This document shows, in pieces, positions 7,744 through 17,073 of a stretch of DNA of 64,000 nt. The position numbers and the translations under genes were made by a program. Location of the stretch: IMG/VR virus record IMGVR_UViG_3300046167_000825, positions 186,001 to 250,000 of that record. One strand, written 5' to 3'. Position 1 is the stretch's first letter, and every line of letters starts with the position of its first letter. The notes under the pieces are model-generated. The model made no database searches, was not told the origin of the DNA, and saw only the letters and a list, made by a program, of their open reading frames with translations.

Positions 7744-9252
7744 ATGCAATTCATCGACATCTGGCAAAAACTAACAGAAGTACAAAAAGATCGAACATTG
7801 ATACGAGCGAAATATCGTGAGTGGAAACGATTAAACAAGACGATAACAAAGGCTTTCGGTTTGGATTACGCCCAAACGAAAGCCTTTGGTTTATGGGCTA
7901 TGTCTCGTGAGTGGGATGCGACTGAGGACATCTCTGAAGAAATCTCTGAAGGTTTTTCAGAAGAAGACACACTTGATATTCCAGATGAGCCGTTGCTCGT
8001 AGATTCTTGGGCACACAACCAGACTTATTGGTACGACAAAGACCGAAAGTTGTATGTCGTGCATCTGCCTTCCCAAAAGAAACCTCTTGCCATTCCAGAA
8101 AGTAAATGGAAATCCATTCGAGAAGCCTATTCCAATTGGGATGGGACACCATCAAGTGTCAATGAGATTTGTCGGAAGCAAGGTTTATCTCGTAGAACAG
8201 TTGTAGAACTATTGCGAGTGATGGGTGTGACTCATGATAGTTCACCTTACACAGACGAGGAGTTCTCAGAAAGGGGGGAAGGGGAACTTATAGAAGACCT
8301 TCTCCGTAAGAAGGAAGAAAAAGTCTTGATGAAAGCCCAACAGAAAGAGTGGAGTCGAGTCAAAAAAGATGCTGACAAATATCGTTCGGCTTCAATGATT
8401 GCCAATGATACCTTCAATCGTTTGCTTGACAGCACGAAAAAATACAATGTCCCCAAAGCCAAATGGAAGAAACCCACAAAAGAATCCTATTCGATTGTCA
8501 TATCTCCCACTGATTTCCACTGGGGTAAATATGCACCCGTTTATGGTGGTGACCCCTACAATCGAGATATCGCCAAAGAGAGATTGTGGGAAGCAACTCT
8601 AGGTATCCTTTCTCAAGTCAAAGAAAGAGGAGCACCCGATTATATTTATCTCGCTCTCGGGGGCGATGGCTTACACATTGATAACCAAAACAAAACTACA
8701 ACTCGTGGAACACTCCAAGATTGTGATGGGACACCAGAAGAACTGGCTTGGACTTGGGTTGAGATGTGTCGTGAATATGTTGATTTAGTTCGACAGTTCG
8801 CACCCGTAAAACTCTTTGTGGTTGCTGGTAATCATGATTATTATACTGCAACACTTCTCCGTGCAGCGATGAAAGGTTGGTTTCATCGAACAGAGGAAGT
8901 TGAGATTTGTGAGAGCATGTTGAATCGTCAATACGATGTTTACGGAACGAACTTGATTGCTTTCCTACACGGTGATATTGGTTCAGTGAAAGATTGGCCC
9001 GCTATCATTGCTGGGGAAGAGCGAGAGAAATGGGGTATCACCAAGAACAAGTTCATATTCACGGGACACTTCCACACAGAAAGAGAACTGCCGACCTTCG
9101 GTAATGTGACTGTGTATCGTATGCCATCCCTCGCTGGAACTGATGCTTGGCACGCAAGTAAAGGATACAAATCCCGTAAAGCATTGGTTGGGTATGTTGT
9201 ATCAAAGACACGAGGCGTTGTCGGTCAGATAATAGAACCCGTTGAGGAGTAA
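7744..9252 (+). CDS. calcineurin-like metallophosphoesterase with N-terminal HTH region
   Basis: DFHWG, GGDGLH, GNHD, HGD, GHFH; HTH-like SVNEICRKQGLSRRTV; AGGAG RBS before ATG 7744. Confidence 0.85.
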   Translation: MQFIDIWQKLTEVQKDRTLIRAKYREWKRLNKTITKAFGLDYAQTKAFGLWAMSREWDATEDISEEISEGFSEEDTLDIPDEPLLVDSWAHNQTYWYDKDRKLYVVHLPSQKKPLAIPESKWKSIREAYSNWDGTPSSVNEICRKQGLSRRTVVELLRVMGVTHDSSPYTDEEFSERGEGELIEDLLRKKEEKVLMKAQQKEWSRVKKDADKYRSASMIANDTFNRLLDSTKKYNVPKAKWKKPTKESYSIVISPTDFHWGKYAPVYGGDPYNRDIAKERLWEATLGILSQVKERGAPDYIYLALGGDGLHIDNQNKTTTRGTLQDCDGTPEELAWTWVEMCREYVDLVRQFAPVKLFVVAGNHDYYTATLLRAAMKGWFHRTEEVEICESMLNRQYDVYGTNLIAFLHGDIGSVKDWPAIIAGEEREKWGITKNKFIFTGHFHTERELPTFGNVTVYRMPSLAGTDAWHASKGYKSRKALVGYVVSKTRGVVGQIIEPVEE

Positions 9253-9254
9253 CA

Positions 9255-9689
9255 ATGAACATTCCAACTCAAGAAGAAATCTTTGCTCGCTTCCCTAAGT
9301 TGTTCTCTCAGAAAGACCTCTCCATACAAGAATCTTGTATGGCTTGGGGTCTCTCTCATGGAGAAGGTTGGAATCATATCATTGTTGAACTCTGTGAAGC
9401 CATCGAAGCCCATTATAAAGAACTAGCCGAAACTGGGAGGAAGATTATCCCCATCGGAGGAGATGTCCCAGAAGAACTAGAAGAAGACCAATACACTTAC
9501 GAAGTGGAGTTCGCACAAGTGAAATCAAAATGGTATCAGTTGAGGGTGTATTACATTGGTGGCGATAAAAAAGTTGCGGGTTTGGTGAGTGCCGCCGAAG
9601 AGAAATCTCTCGTGATTTGTGAGGGTTGTGGGAAGGATTTCCCCGATGAAAGGATGTCATGGTGTGACCCATGTCGAACTAAGAGATGA
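9255..9689 (+). CDS. conserved phage hypothetical protein with C-terminal Zn ribbon
   Basis: FAQVKSKWYQLRVYY, CEGCG...CDPC. Confidence 0.7.
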   Translation: MNIPTQEEIFARFPKLFSQKDLSIQESCMAWGLSHGEGWNHIIVELCEAIEAHYKELAETGRKIIPIGGDVPEELEEDQYTYEVEFAQVKSKWYQLRVYYIGGDKKVAGLVSAAEEKSLVICEGCGKDFPDERMSWCDPCRTKR

Positions 9690-9844
9690 TTTTGAGATAG
9701 AAATCTGAGGGTTTTTCTATTGATCTGAACATCCTAGTTCTGCGACACAAAATGAATATCAAATAAAAGGTTTTACCACTAAAAAAGTCTATTCTTATTA
9801 CATCCCAATATAGAAGAATTACATAGTAATCTTTAAGAAAAGTG

Positions 9845-9873
9845 CGGTTGCGTTTTTTTAAGAGACCCGTATA
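9845..9873 (+). promoter_or_regulatory. class A promoter CGGTTG-N17-CGTATA
   Basis: bipartite motif before the SWIM gene. Confidence 0.75.
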
Positions 9874-9909
9874 GATAGTGTCAATCAATCACTACTATCG
9901 GAGAATACT

Positions 9910-10458
9910 ATGACATTACTTGAAACTTTGAACACAATCGCCACTTCAACACTTGACAACGCTCGCATGAAAACCCACAAGCGAGTGTGGGAAGTTCTTC
10001 CTCACCTTGTCAATGTGCGTGCAGACCGTTCAGAGAACGCCCTCAAAGCAGAGTGTGTTGGTGCTGACGGCAGTACTTACGAAATCACTCTCACCCTTGA
10101 GGGCAAGGTTGCCAAGCACGAATGTACTTGTGAGGCTTCTAAGAAAGACACCAATGCCCCTTGCAAGCACGCTCTTGCCGTTGCTTGGCGATGGGAGAAC
10201 CGTCAGACTGAAGACAAGGGTCAAGACCTTGCACAATCACAAGGTCGTCCTAGCCACCACATTGTGCGTGGTACAGTTGAACGAGAAACAGCCAAAGCCG
10301 TTCTGATCAAGGACGAGAATGGTAAGAGCGAGTTCTTCCCAAAACGCTTTGTTGAGGGTAACGAGGTCGATGGCTTTGCTATCCCATATTTCCTTATGGA
10401 AGGCAAGGAAATCACTTCAGAGCCTACTTACATTGTGCCAGTACGAAAAGCCTCATAG
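9910..10458 (+). CDS. SWIM zinc-finger protein
   Basis: CTCEASKKDTNAPCKHALAV (CxC...CxH). Confidence 0.85.
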   Translation: MTLLETLNTIATSTLDNARMKTHKRVWEVLPHLVNVRADRSENALKAECVGADGSTYEITLTLEGKVAKHECTCEASKKDTNAPCKHALAVAWRWENRQTEDKGQDLAQSQGRPSHHIVRGTVERETAKAVLIKDENGKSEFFPKRFVEGNEVDGFAIPYFLMEGKEITSEPTYIVPVRKAS

Positions 10459-10474
10459 GGAGGCTTCTCGCTCA

Positions 10475-10522
10475 CGAGAAAAGCCACCCCGATATTACAT
10501 CGTGGGTGGCTCTCGTTTTTTT
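10475..10522 (+). terminator. rho-independent terminator
   Basis: CGAG-AAA-AGCCACCC...GGGTGGCT-CTCG stem followed by a T run. Confidence 0.7.
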
Positions 10523-10553
10523 GTTTGTTGGTTTCAAGAATCTGATGAACGGT

Positions 10554-10910
10554 TCAAATCTCCTCAAAGACCTCGTACAGAAAGACCTCCGTCCCTTTGT
10601 ACCAGAAAGACATCACAGACTTATCAAAGGTTTTCAGATGGACATCGTCATTTTTAACCTCTGTTATTGAGTGGTAAATGAGTTTGTTGTCCTCTACCCT
10701 CAAAGAGGTGGTGATGGGTGGGGAGTGCCGTTCAAAAGACACAGAATCCTTACGTTTAAGTCCCAAGCCATCGACATAACTTTTGATGAACCCAGACAGA
10801 GATGTGAATGGTATCATCTCCTTCTTTTGTTCAAGGGGTTCTTCCCAGTTGTGTCCGTAATTGACAAAGGCGTTTCCTTTGCTCACTTCAATGAAGACTT
10901 CAATTTCCAT
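10554..10910 (-). CDS. hypothetical protein
   Basis: GAGGAG RBS; part of a minus-strand operon. Confidence 0.7.
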   Translation of the reverse strand: MEIEVFIEVSKGNAFVNYGHNWEEPLEQKKEMIPFTSLSGFIKSYVDGLGLKRKDSVSFERHSPPITTSLRVEDNKLIYHSITEVKNDDVHLKTFDKSVMSFWYKGTEVFLYEVFEEI

Positions 10911-10912
10911 GT

Positions 10913-11275
10913 TTATTCTCCTCGTAATGATGCTTTGAGATAGCAGACGGGATTACTCCCTCGCCAGAGGTGGGTGTGTTCAGTTCGCCCACAGAGTTCG
11001 GGGTTTTCTTCAAATGTGATTTCAACACGATTGCCTTCTATGAGAGTGAAGCCCGTTATCACCCCACCAATGTATGACGGTTCGGCTTTACTCTCAACGA
11101 GAATGAGGTTTTCCCCCACCAAGTCTAAAGTCTTATCGTGGTTCATCGCCCACAAGCCCGTTTTCCAAGTAGACGGTATAGACTGTTGTAGATTTCCATC
11201 GACTACTGTCCATTCAGTGGTTTCCATACGAGTGAGTTTGTGGGCATTTCTGCACAGTAAGGCTAGGGCTATCAT
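10913..11275 (-). CDS. hypothetical protein
   Basis: AAGGAG RBS; tightly packed. Confidence 0.7.
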   Translation of the reverse strand: MIALALLCRNAHKLTRMETTEWTVVDGNLQQSIPSTWKTGLWAMNHDKTLDLVGENLILVESKAEPSYIGGVITGFTLIEGNRVEITFEENPELCGRTEHTHLWRGSNPVCYLKASLRGE

Positions 11276-11718
11276 TGGGTTGCTCCTTGTAAGAGGTTGG
11301 TTAGTTGTTGATGTTCTTTAGGGACATTCACCCAACGGGTTTTTTTCCCGAAGGATAATTCATTCACAATGGCTCTGATGCCATATCCAATACCGAACTT
11401 AATGACGAGTTTGGATGAGGTTATAGAAGTTTCCATCATACTCATCTCGTAAAAGGATTCACCTTCACTAGTGTCCCCCCAAACTCTTGAAAGACTAGAA
11501 AGGGCTTCATCTAAAACATATCCAACCAGTCGGGGCTGGCAGACTTGAATGAGGGAATAATTATCGAAAGTCACATCTTCCAAACAATGGAGATAAAGAA
11601 ATGATGTGATTTTATCCTTCGTAAGCGTTCGCCCATGATTCTTCGTGAAGAAAGTTTCTGGGGCAGTAACGAGGTATTTGTTCAGTTCTTCAATTAGAAC
11701 TCTTGTTTCTTCAGTCAT
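11272..11718 (-). CDS. hypothetical protein
   Basis: AAGGAG RBS. Confidence 0.7.
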   Translation of the reverse strand: MTEETRVLIEELNKYLVTAPETFFTKNHGRTLTKDKITSFLYLHCLEDVTFDNYSLIQVCQPRLVGYVLDEALSSLSRVWGDTSEGESFYEMSMMETSITSSKLVIKFGIGYGIRAIVNELSFGKKTRWVNVPKEHQQLTNLLQGATQ

Positions 11719-11737
11719 AATAAACTCCTTGTTCTAG

Positions 11738-12697
11738 TTACACGGTTTTCTTGTGTTGAGTCGATCCCAATTTGGTCTGTAAATCCTCTGTTTTCACTTG
11801 TATGATTGTTCGTTTGTCTTGTGTCCAAGACACTTTCTCCAAACCCAATGCTTTTAATATCCGTTTCGTGTTCTCCCATAATTGATCTTCCACGCTGAAA
11901 GACACTGCCCCTTGTTGTTTCAAATGGGTGGCGACAAGATATGCTTTGTGTATCTCACATAAAATGGGGTAGTAGTTTATATGATTCAAACCAGAGGTTT
12001 GAATGACATCGTACCAAGCCTTGTTTGCGAGGTAAGGCACACAGTGTTCCATAAACCGTTTGAGGACACCCTCTCTACCAACGGGGGCATCAATATAATG
12101 CTGTTCTGTTCTCGTGGTGTAGATATACATTTCTTGGCATAATGAGGGGTATTTGATTGTTGCTTGAGGGTCACCAAAAGTTTGGAAGAAATGGTTATGA
12201 ACATAGTCTTCCAGAACAGTCTTAGAGAACCTTTGTAGAGGTCTCTCGCTCTCAATCTCCCACACTTTGTCGGCAAAGCCTTGTACTGATGGGTGGAACT
12301 CCCCAAAAGAGCCATTGTGGTGAACTCTATTATAGGGGTTGGCTAGAAAAAGTCTTACGGGATATCGTTGAAGTTCAATTCGGTTGTTCTTTATGAGGGG
12401 ATGAACAACACCAACTTTAGGGACGTTTTTAACTGGAAAGGTCAGTTCTGTTTTAGGTTGGAACGATGTTGGGAATCGCTCTGGGTTTTCCGAGTAATCC
12501 CTTTGATCAAAGTGGTGGTGAACCCATTTCGTTGAGAAGGATTCAATGTCACCATACTTAACACGAACGCCTAGATGATTACTTTCTTGTACGATGGCGG
12601 GGAAGTTGTATTCCCCCGATTTGTAAAAAAAGCAAACCCAAAGAAGGTCGCCTTTCGCTATTTCATTGTATGACAATCGCATTGCTTGTTTTGGCAT
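11738..12697 (-). CDS. hypothetical protein
   Basis: 319 aa ORF, first gene after the class A promoter at 12738. Confidence 0.75.
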   Translation of the reverse strand: MPKQAMRLSYNEIAKGDLLWVCFFYKSGEYNFPAIVQESNHLGVRVKYGDIESFSTKWVHHHFDQRDYSENPERFPTSFQPKTELTFPVKNVPKVGVVHPLIKNNRIELQRYPVRLFLANPYNRVHHNGSFGEFHPSVQGFADKVWEIESERPLQRFSKTVLEDYVHNHFFQTFGDPQATIKYPSLCQEMYIYTTRTEQHYIDAPVGREGVLKRFMEHCVPYLANKAWYDVIQTSGLNHINYYPILCEIHKAYLVATHLKQQGAVSFSVEDQLWENTKRILKALGLEKVSWTQDKRTIIQVKTEDLQTKLGSTQHKKTV

Positions 12698-12737
12698 GGG
12701 GTATTCCTTTTTTTTGTGAGAAGTGCTAGACTTTTCT

Positions 12738-12766
12738 TATACGGAAACCCAGAGGAGAAACAACTG
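12738..12766 (-). promoter_or_regulatory. class A promoter CAGTTG-N17-CGTATA
   Basis: minus-strand bipartite motif. Confidence 0.7.
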
Positions 12767-12768
12767 CT

Positions 12769-13017
12769 ATGTCTTTAATCACACTGAAGGAACAAACAGA
12801 AGACACCTTTTACGGGTGTCTTGGGTCGCTAGAGATACTTGTCCAGTATAGGAAAGACCGATGGTCATACACTATGCTTGAAAAAGAAATCGGTGGGGGA
12901 TGGGGGCGACACGCCTCAGCATCCAATTTAAAAGAGGTGTTGCACAAACTCGCACAACACCTCCCGAACATGAGGATCTTCTTATTATTAGAAAATAGAG
13001 AACTTGATGAAGTCTGA
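12769..13017 (+). CDS. hypothetical protein
   Basis: GAGGAG RBS. Confidence 0.6.
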   Translation: MSLITLKEQTEDTFYGCLGSLEILVQYRKDRWSYTMLEKEIGGGWGRHASASNLKEVLHKLAQHLPNMRIFLLLENRELDEV

Positions 13018-14160
13018 AAGATGCTTGAAAGTTCCTTCCTTGTAGCCCTTTGAACTTGATTTCAAAGAACAAGAGATATTGACTGTGATGGTTTCCTCTT
13101 TTGGCAAACCATCCAACAAAGGACGATATCGCTCACCCAACATATAAATTAATTTATGGATTTGATCTTCAGAGGGAGTACCACCTTGCCAATCAAGAGA
13201 TTGCCACATCTTGAGACGATCTTTGTCATTAGCACTATAAAGTTGTTCAAATTGAACTCTTGCTTGGGACAAAAGCCCTTTTACTTTGTCTGCTGACTCT
13301 TTTTGCTTACGATAATCCTTGAAGACTTTCTTGGCTTCCTCAGAAGATTCTTTCCAAGATTTCTCCATTTGAACCCAAGCCTCGTTGTCTTCACCATTCA
13401 TCTTAGGAGAGATGTTTTCAAGTTCTTGTTCTATTCTCGTAGCCTTGGCTCTCAGCACTTGATGTTCTTCCTCTTTTTGTTGAACATTCAACTGAGCCTC
13501 TTGGAGTTCCGATTCTAGTTCGTTTATCTTATCTTGCAAGATATCCAAGCGTTCCAGTTCGACTTCTTCGTTCTTCATTGCACTTGCCAAAGATTGAGCA
13601 TCTCCCAACATCTCAGCCAGAAGCCTCTTTTGGTCTTTATCTGTTTTCTGACTGATTAACTCAAGAGAGTTCTTACCAGCCTTAATCTCGAAGGGGGCTT
13701 GCAAACCAACTTTCTGTAAATAGGCTATGAGGGAAGGCATGTCATTGTAGAAGCCTTGTGGTTTATTACTTTGCTTTGTTTCAGAGGTTTCATCCCAATG
13801 AATGACTGTGTGTTCCAAAGAGATCACGGCAAAAGGAACAGTCGCTGGGAAGAACTTTTGGAAGTCACGAATGAAGTTCGGGTGCGATTGTATCACAACA
13901 CCTTTTGGGGCTTTACCACTAGAGGCTTTTTCAACTGCCTTCAGAAACATTGCTGCACCACCACGATTGGTGTTCATGGCATATAGATTCTCTAAATGTC
14001 CATCATCAATTCCCACCAACACCTCGGCTGTTCGGTTCATGAGAGTGGCTTTCTTCAAGACGGCACGAATCTCTGGGTTCGTTTTTGCTTGTTTGATAAG
14101 TTCCGTGATAAACGCAAGGCTTTTTTGTGAATCCATTGTAGTTCTCCGTAAGTTTTTCAT
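12988..14160 (-). CDS. coiled-coil protein, possible internal virion protein
   Basis: long heptad region; LKKATLMNRTAEV motif; class B promoter immediately upstream. Confidence 0.7.
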   Translation of the reverse strand: MKNLRRTTMDSQKSLAFITELIKQAKTNPEIRAVLKKATLMNRTAEVLVGIDDGHLENLYAMNTNRGGAAMFLKAVEKASSGKAPKGVVIQSHPNFIRDFQKFFPATVPFAVISLEHTVIHWDETSETKQSNKPQGFYNDMPSLIAYLQKVGLQAPFEIKAGKNSLELISQKTDKDQKRLLAEMLGDAQSLASAMKNEEVELERLDILQDKINELESELQEAQLNVQQKEEEHQVLRAKATRIEQELENISPKMNGEDNEAWVQMEKSWKESSEEAKKVFKDYRKQKESADKVKGLLSQARVQFEQLYSANDKDRLKMWQSLDWQGGTPSEDQIHKLIYMLGERYRPLLDGLPKEETITVNISCSLKSSSKGYKEGTFKHLSDFIKFSIF

Positions 14161-14171
14161 TATTAAAAATA

Positions 14172-14184
14172 TATAGGAAGATTA
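14172..14184 (-). promoter_or_regulatory. class B promoter TAATCTTCCTATA
   Basis: exact motif 11 bp before the ATG, which has no obvious RBS. Confidence 0.6.
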
Positions 14185-14228
14185 TTCTGCTGGTGTGACT
14201 CTAACCGTAGTTCAAGAATCTTTGAGGG

Positions 14229-14567
14229 CTAGATGAGATAAGGCTTGGCGAAACCTTTCTCAATGAGCCATTGATTGATATTGGTATCTCCCACAAATAT
14301 CTCACAGAGCCATCGACCATATTTACCCTTCCCGTAAGACTTCAGAGTGACCTCTTGATTGAGGACTTGTTTTTTGAGTTCGTCACGGGAGTTCTGGGCA
14401 GCCAGTTTCAGTTCGGGATTCTTATCCCGTAGTTCGGGAGTGTCTATCCCGTACAGACGGATCTTGACCTTTTTCTGAATCATATAAAAACCCAAATCAA
14501 CATCGGCTGTTACGGTATCCCCGTCATAGACAGCCGTTATCAAGGCTTTATAATTATAGAGTTCCAT
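14229..14567 (-). CDS. thermonuclease (staphylococcal nuclease family)
   Basis: VYDGDTV, IRLYGIDTPE, GKYGRWL, INQWLIEKGFA. Confidence 0.92.
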   Translation of the reverse strand: MELYNYKALITAVYDGDTVTADVDLGFYMIQKKVKIRLYGIDTPELRDKNPELKLAAQNSRDELKKQVLNQEVTLKSYGKGKYGRWLCEIFVGDTNINQWLIEKGFAKPYLI

Positions 14568-15571
14568 TACTTTAACTCAACAGCACAGACCCATTCACCA
14601 TCGCCATACCATTGAACAGAGATGCCCTCGATGTATTTTTTGTAGGGCTTTAAGGCACGTTCAAACCGTGCTTCAATGGGCCAACCAGCACCGTCACCAT
14701 CGTATTCCTCATAGTGACCAGAATCTCCCGTGTAGCATCGAATCGTCTTCCCACTCACAAACACATCATTGGGATTGCCGTCATAGTATCGAATAACCGA
14801 CTTGAAAACATCCACAATTTCTTGTCTTTTGTTGACGAACTCTTGATTGGGGTTGTTCTTTATAGTTACGCCACTCATCTCACCATTCTCCAAGAGCCAC
14901 TCTCTTGCTGGTTTGAGTGTCGTAAACCGCTGTATCCATCCGTCATGCACAATGATGTGTTTATATTCGCCCGATGTCTCTAACACAATGCCGAAAGACA
15001 AGTTGTCTGTCAGAGCCAGCATCATTCTCCATTGTCCATTCGTGCGGTGTCTTTTTGAAGCATCTCGGAGAGGGGGTATATTCGAGATGTACTTTTTCAT
15101 CTCTTTGTAGAAAGGCTTGAAATTATCTACAACTGTTTTCGGAAATGCTTTTGCTTCTACCCTTATGAGGGTTTTTCGCAACTTCTCTCTATTTTTCGAT
15201 GCTTTCTCGGCTTGCTTCTCGGCTGACACCAATGCAGATTGGATTTTTTTCGCTAACGATGTATTCCCAGTCTGTTGAACTAACTCCAAAGTAGCCTTCA
15301 AGTTTTCGATCACTTTATCAGCATTATCTCTGACTTTTTTTGATTCATTGAACTTTGCTAGTATCTCTTTGAAAGTAGTCATCGCTTCAGCGGCAAGACG
15401 AAAACCAAAGAAATCCTCTACCACCTCTGTGTAGTCCTCTAATTGGTTGTTCTTGACTTCAATTTGCTTCATCTGTCTGAGTATGTTCTTGAACTCACGG
15501 TCAAGGTTTGATTGTTTCAAATAACGATGGGCTATTCTTTCTGTACTTGATTTTGACATAGTGTTCTCCAT
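14567..15571 (-). CDS. hypothetical, possible internal head protein
   Basis: N-terminal STERIAHRY motif, coiled coil; start may be the second Met (MSKSS). Confidence 0.7.
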   Translation of the reverse strand: MENTMSKSSTERIAHRYLKQSNLDREFKNILRQMKQIEVKNNQLEDYTEVVEDFFGFRLAAEAMTTFKEILAKFNESKKVRDNADKVIENLKATLELVQQTGNTSLAKKIQSALVSAEKQAEKASKNREKLRKTLIRVEAKAFPKTVVDNFKPFYKEMKKYISNIPPLRDASKRHRTNGQWRMMLALTDNLSFGIVLETSGEYKHIIVHDGWIQRFTTLKPAREWLLENGEMSGVTIKNNPNQEFVNKRQEIVDVFKSVIRYYDGNPNDVFVSGKTIRCYTGDSGHYEEYDGDGAGWPIEARFERALKPYKKYIEGISVQWYGDGEWVCAVELK

Positions 15572-15579
15572 AAGGATAA

Positions 15580-15756
15580 TCAGTTCATCTCACGAACTAT
15601 GAGATAAGAGAGAGGTAGGTAGAACCCAAAGAAAATTGCAAAGACAACCCATGCACTTTCAAAGAGGTACAAAAACAAGCCCACTGCTAGTGCCAACAAG
15701 AAAGAAAGCACCGTGAGAAAGAAAGAAACTAGGAATGTTTTCAATAGACGGTTCAT
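15580..15756 (-). CDS. 58-aa two-TM membrane protein (not in ORF track)
   Basis: MNRLLKTFLVSFFLTVLSFLLALAVGLFLYLFESAWVVFAIFFGFYLPLSYLIVREMN. Confidence 0.65.
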   Translation of the reverse strand: MNRLLKTFLVSFFLTVLSFLLALAVGLFLYLFESAWVVFAIFFGFYLPLSYLIVREMN

Positions 15757-15769
15757 ACCGAACTAGAAA

Positions 15770-15782
15770 TATAAAAGGGCTA
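15770..15782 (-). promoter_or_regulatory. class B promoter variant TAGCCCTTTTATA
   Basis: 13 bp upstream of the 58-aa ORF. Confidence 0.45.
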
Positions 15783-15829
15783 TTGCAATAATGCTCTGAT
15801 AAATAATGGTAAGAAAATACGAGGCGACT

Positions 15830-16453
15830 ATGGACATCAACGACATCACCTACGGGCATCCCATTAAGAAGGCATTGAAAGACCTAGATAAAATTAGAGA
15901 ACTAGGTGTGACGGAACAACTATTTTTATTGCTCGTGGAAGCCATCAAACCACCTCGCAATGACAGTGCAGAAACCCTAGAGGAGTTGGAGTATCTTTAT
16001 GAACTCCAAGAGGAAGAAAGACCTTACATGGAACGAATCATTAAACGAGCCGATGACTCTGTGTCGGGCGTGTTTTTTGATATGTGTGGTGAATGGCAGA
16101 TTGACACATATGAAGAAGAAGCAATCGAACTCATGAAAAAATGGGGGTCATTGGCTGGAGTGATGAAGTTGTATTTCAATAGGGCTAGACCATATCAGTT
16201 AGCCCCACATCATGGTATTCCTCTATTTCCTATGCCCTCTATTTCAGCGTGGTCTGGAGCATTTCCCAGTGGACACACCATCCAAGCAGAAGCCCTCTCA
16301 AGATTCTATGGGGAAAAATACCCAGAGATTGCAGAGGCGTTTGAAGATTTAGCGAAAGCCATCTCTCACACGAGATTGGTGGGTGGTTTTCATTTCCCCT
16401 CAGATATTTTGGCATCTGAAATGTTGATGGATATCTTATGGGGGCGTTTATAA
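15830..16453 (+). CDS. PAP2-family (acid phosphatase / haloperoxidase-like) protein
   Basis: KLYFNRARP, FPSGH, SHTRLVGGFHFPSD. Confidence 0.88.
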   Translation: MDINDITYGHPIKKALKDLDKIRELGVTEQLFLLLVEAIKPPRNDSAETLEELEYLYELQEEERPYMERIIKRADDSVSGVFFDMCGEWQIDTYEEEAIELMKKWGSLAGVMKLYFNRARPYQLAPHHGIPLFPMPSISAWSGAFPSGHTIQAEALSRFYGEKYPEIAEAFEDLAKAISHTRLVGGFHFPSDILASEMLMDILWGRL

Positions 16454-16825
16454 GAAGGACTGCTGTATGTGAGGGATTTCATCCTCAAAGACAAGCCAGA
16501 ACTTGAACCCCGAGTTAGCCACTGCCCCTATCTTGCGAATGAACTCGGGATCTGTCACATCTGAGCCGTAAGGCAAAGACACTGTAAACTCATTGTGGAG
16601 AAAATGAAAGAACATGATAGTTTGGTTCAACTCTTGTATCTCTAGGGTGTTTTCCCCGTCATTGATTAAGGTATATTCTGAATATATTTCTGACAGAAAA
16701 CATTCCAAATGCCACTGGAACTCCTCTAGCATTTTGTCATCAATATTAAGTGTCACCCCTTCAGTCAAGAACTTTAAGAGTTTCTGCTTATGTCGGTACA
16801 ACACAAGATCGATAACCTCAGCCAT
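16448..16825 (-). CDS. hypothetical protein
   Basis: likely start MAEVIDL after GGGGGTGG. Confidence 0.6.
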   Translation of the reverse strand: MAEVIDLVLYRHKQKLLKFLTEGVTLNIDDKMLEEFQWHLECFLSEIYSEYTLINDGENTLEIQELNQTIMFFHFLHNEFTVSLPYGSDVTDPEFIRKIGAVANSGFKFWLVFEDEIPHIQQSFL

Positions 16826-16884
16826 AAACCACCCCCAGCAATCTCTTAATTGGGGCTTGGTATTAAATAAAAAACGGAGAGAAC

Positions 16885-17073
16885 GTGAAAAATAAGGTTT
16901 TCGTAGTGACAAGGACACTTGCTTCTTTCCTCGAAGAGGGCACGATAGTTCGGGTGGTAGAGATTCTTGAAGACAGTGTTGTCATCGAAAAAGCCGATAC
17001 TGAAGGGCTGCTAACAACCATTCAAATATCGGCTTTAATGACGAGGCATCTTTACGAGGTCTACGAAGAATAA
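16885..17073 (+). CDS. small hypothetical protein (SH3-like beta pattern)
   Basis: GGAG RBS, GTG start. Confidence 0.55.
   Translation: MKNKVFVVTRTLASFLEEGTIVRVVEILEDSVVIEKADTEGLLTTIQISALMTRHLYEVYEE

Noticed and set aside
9679-9888. 69-aa minus-strand ORF between the 9255 gene and the SWIM gene
   Set aside because: No RBS, overlaps the class A promoter, AT-rich intergenic composition
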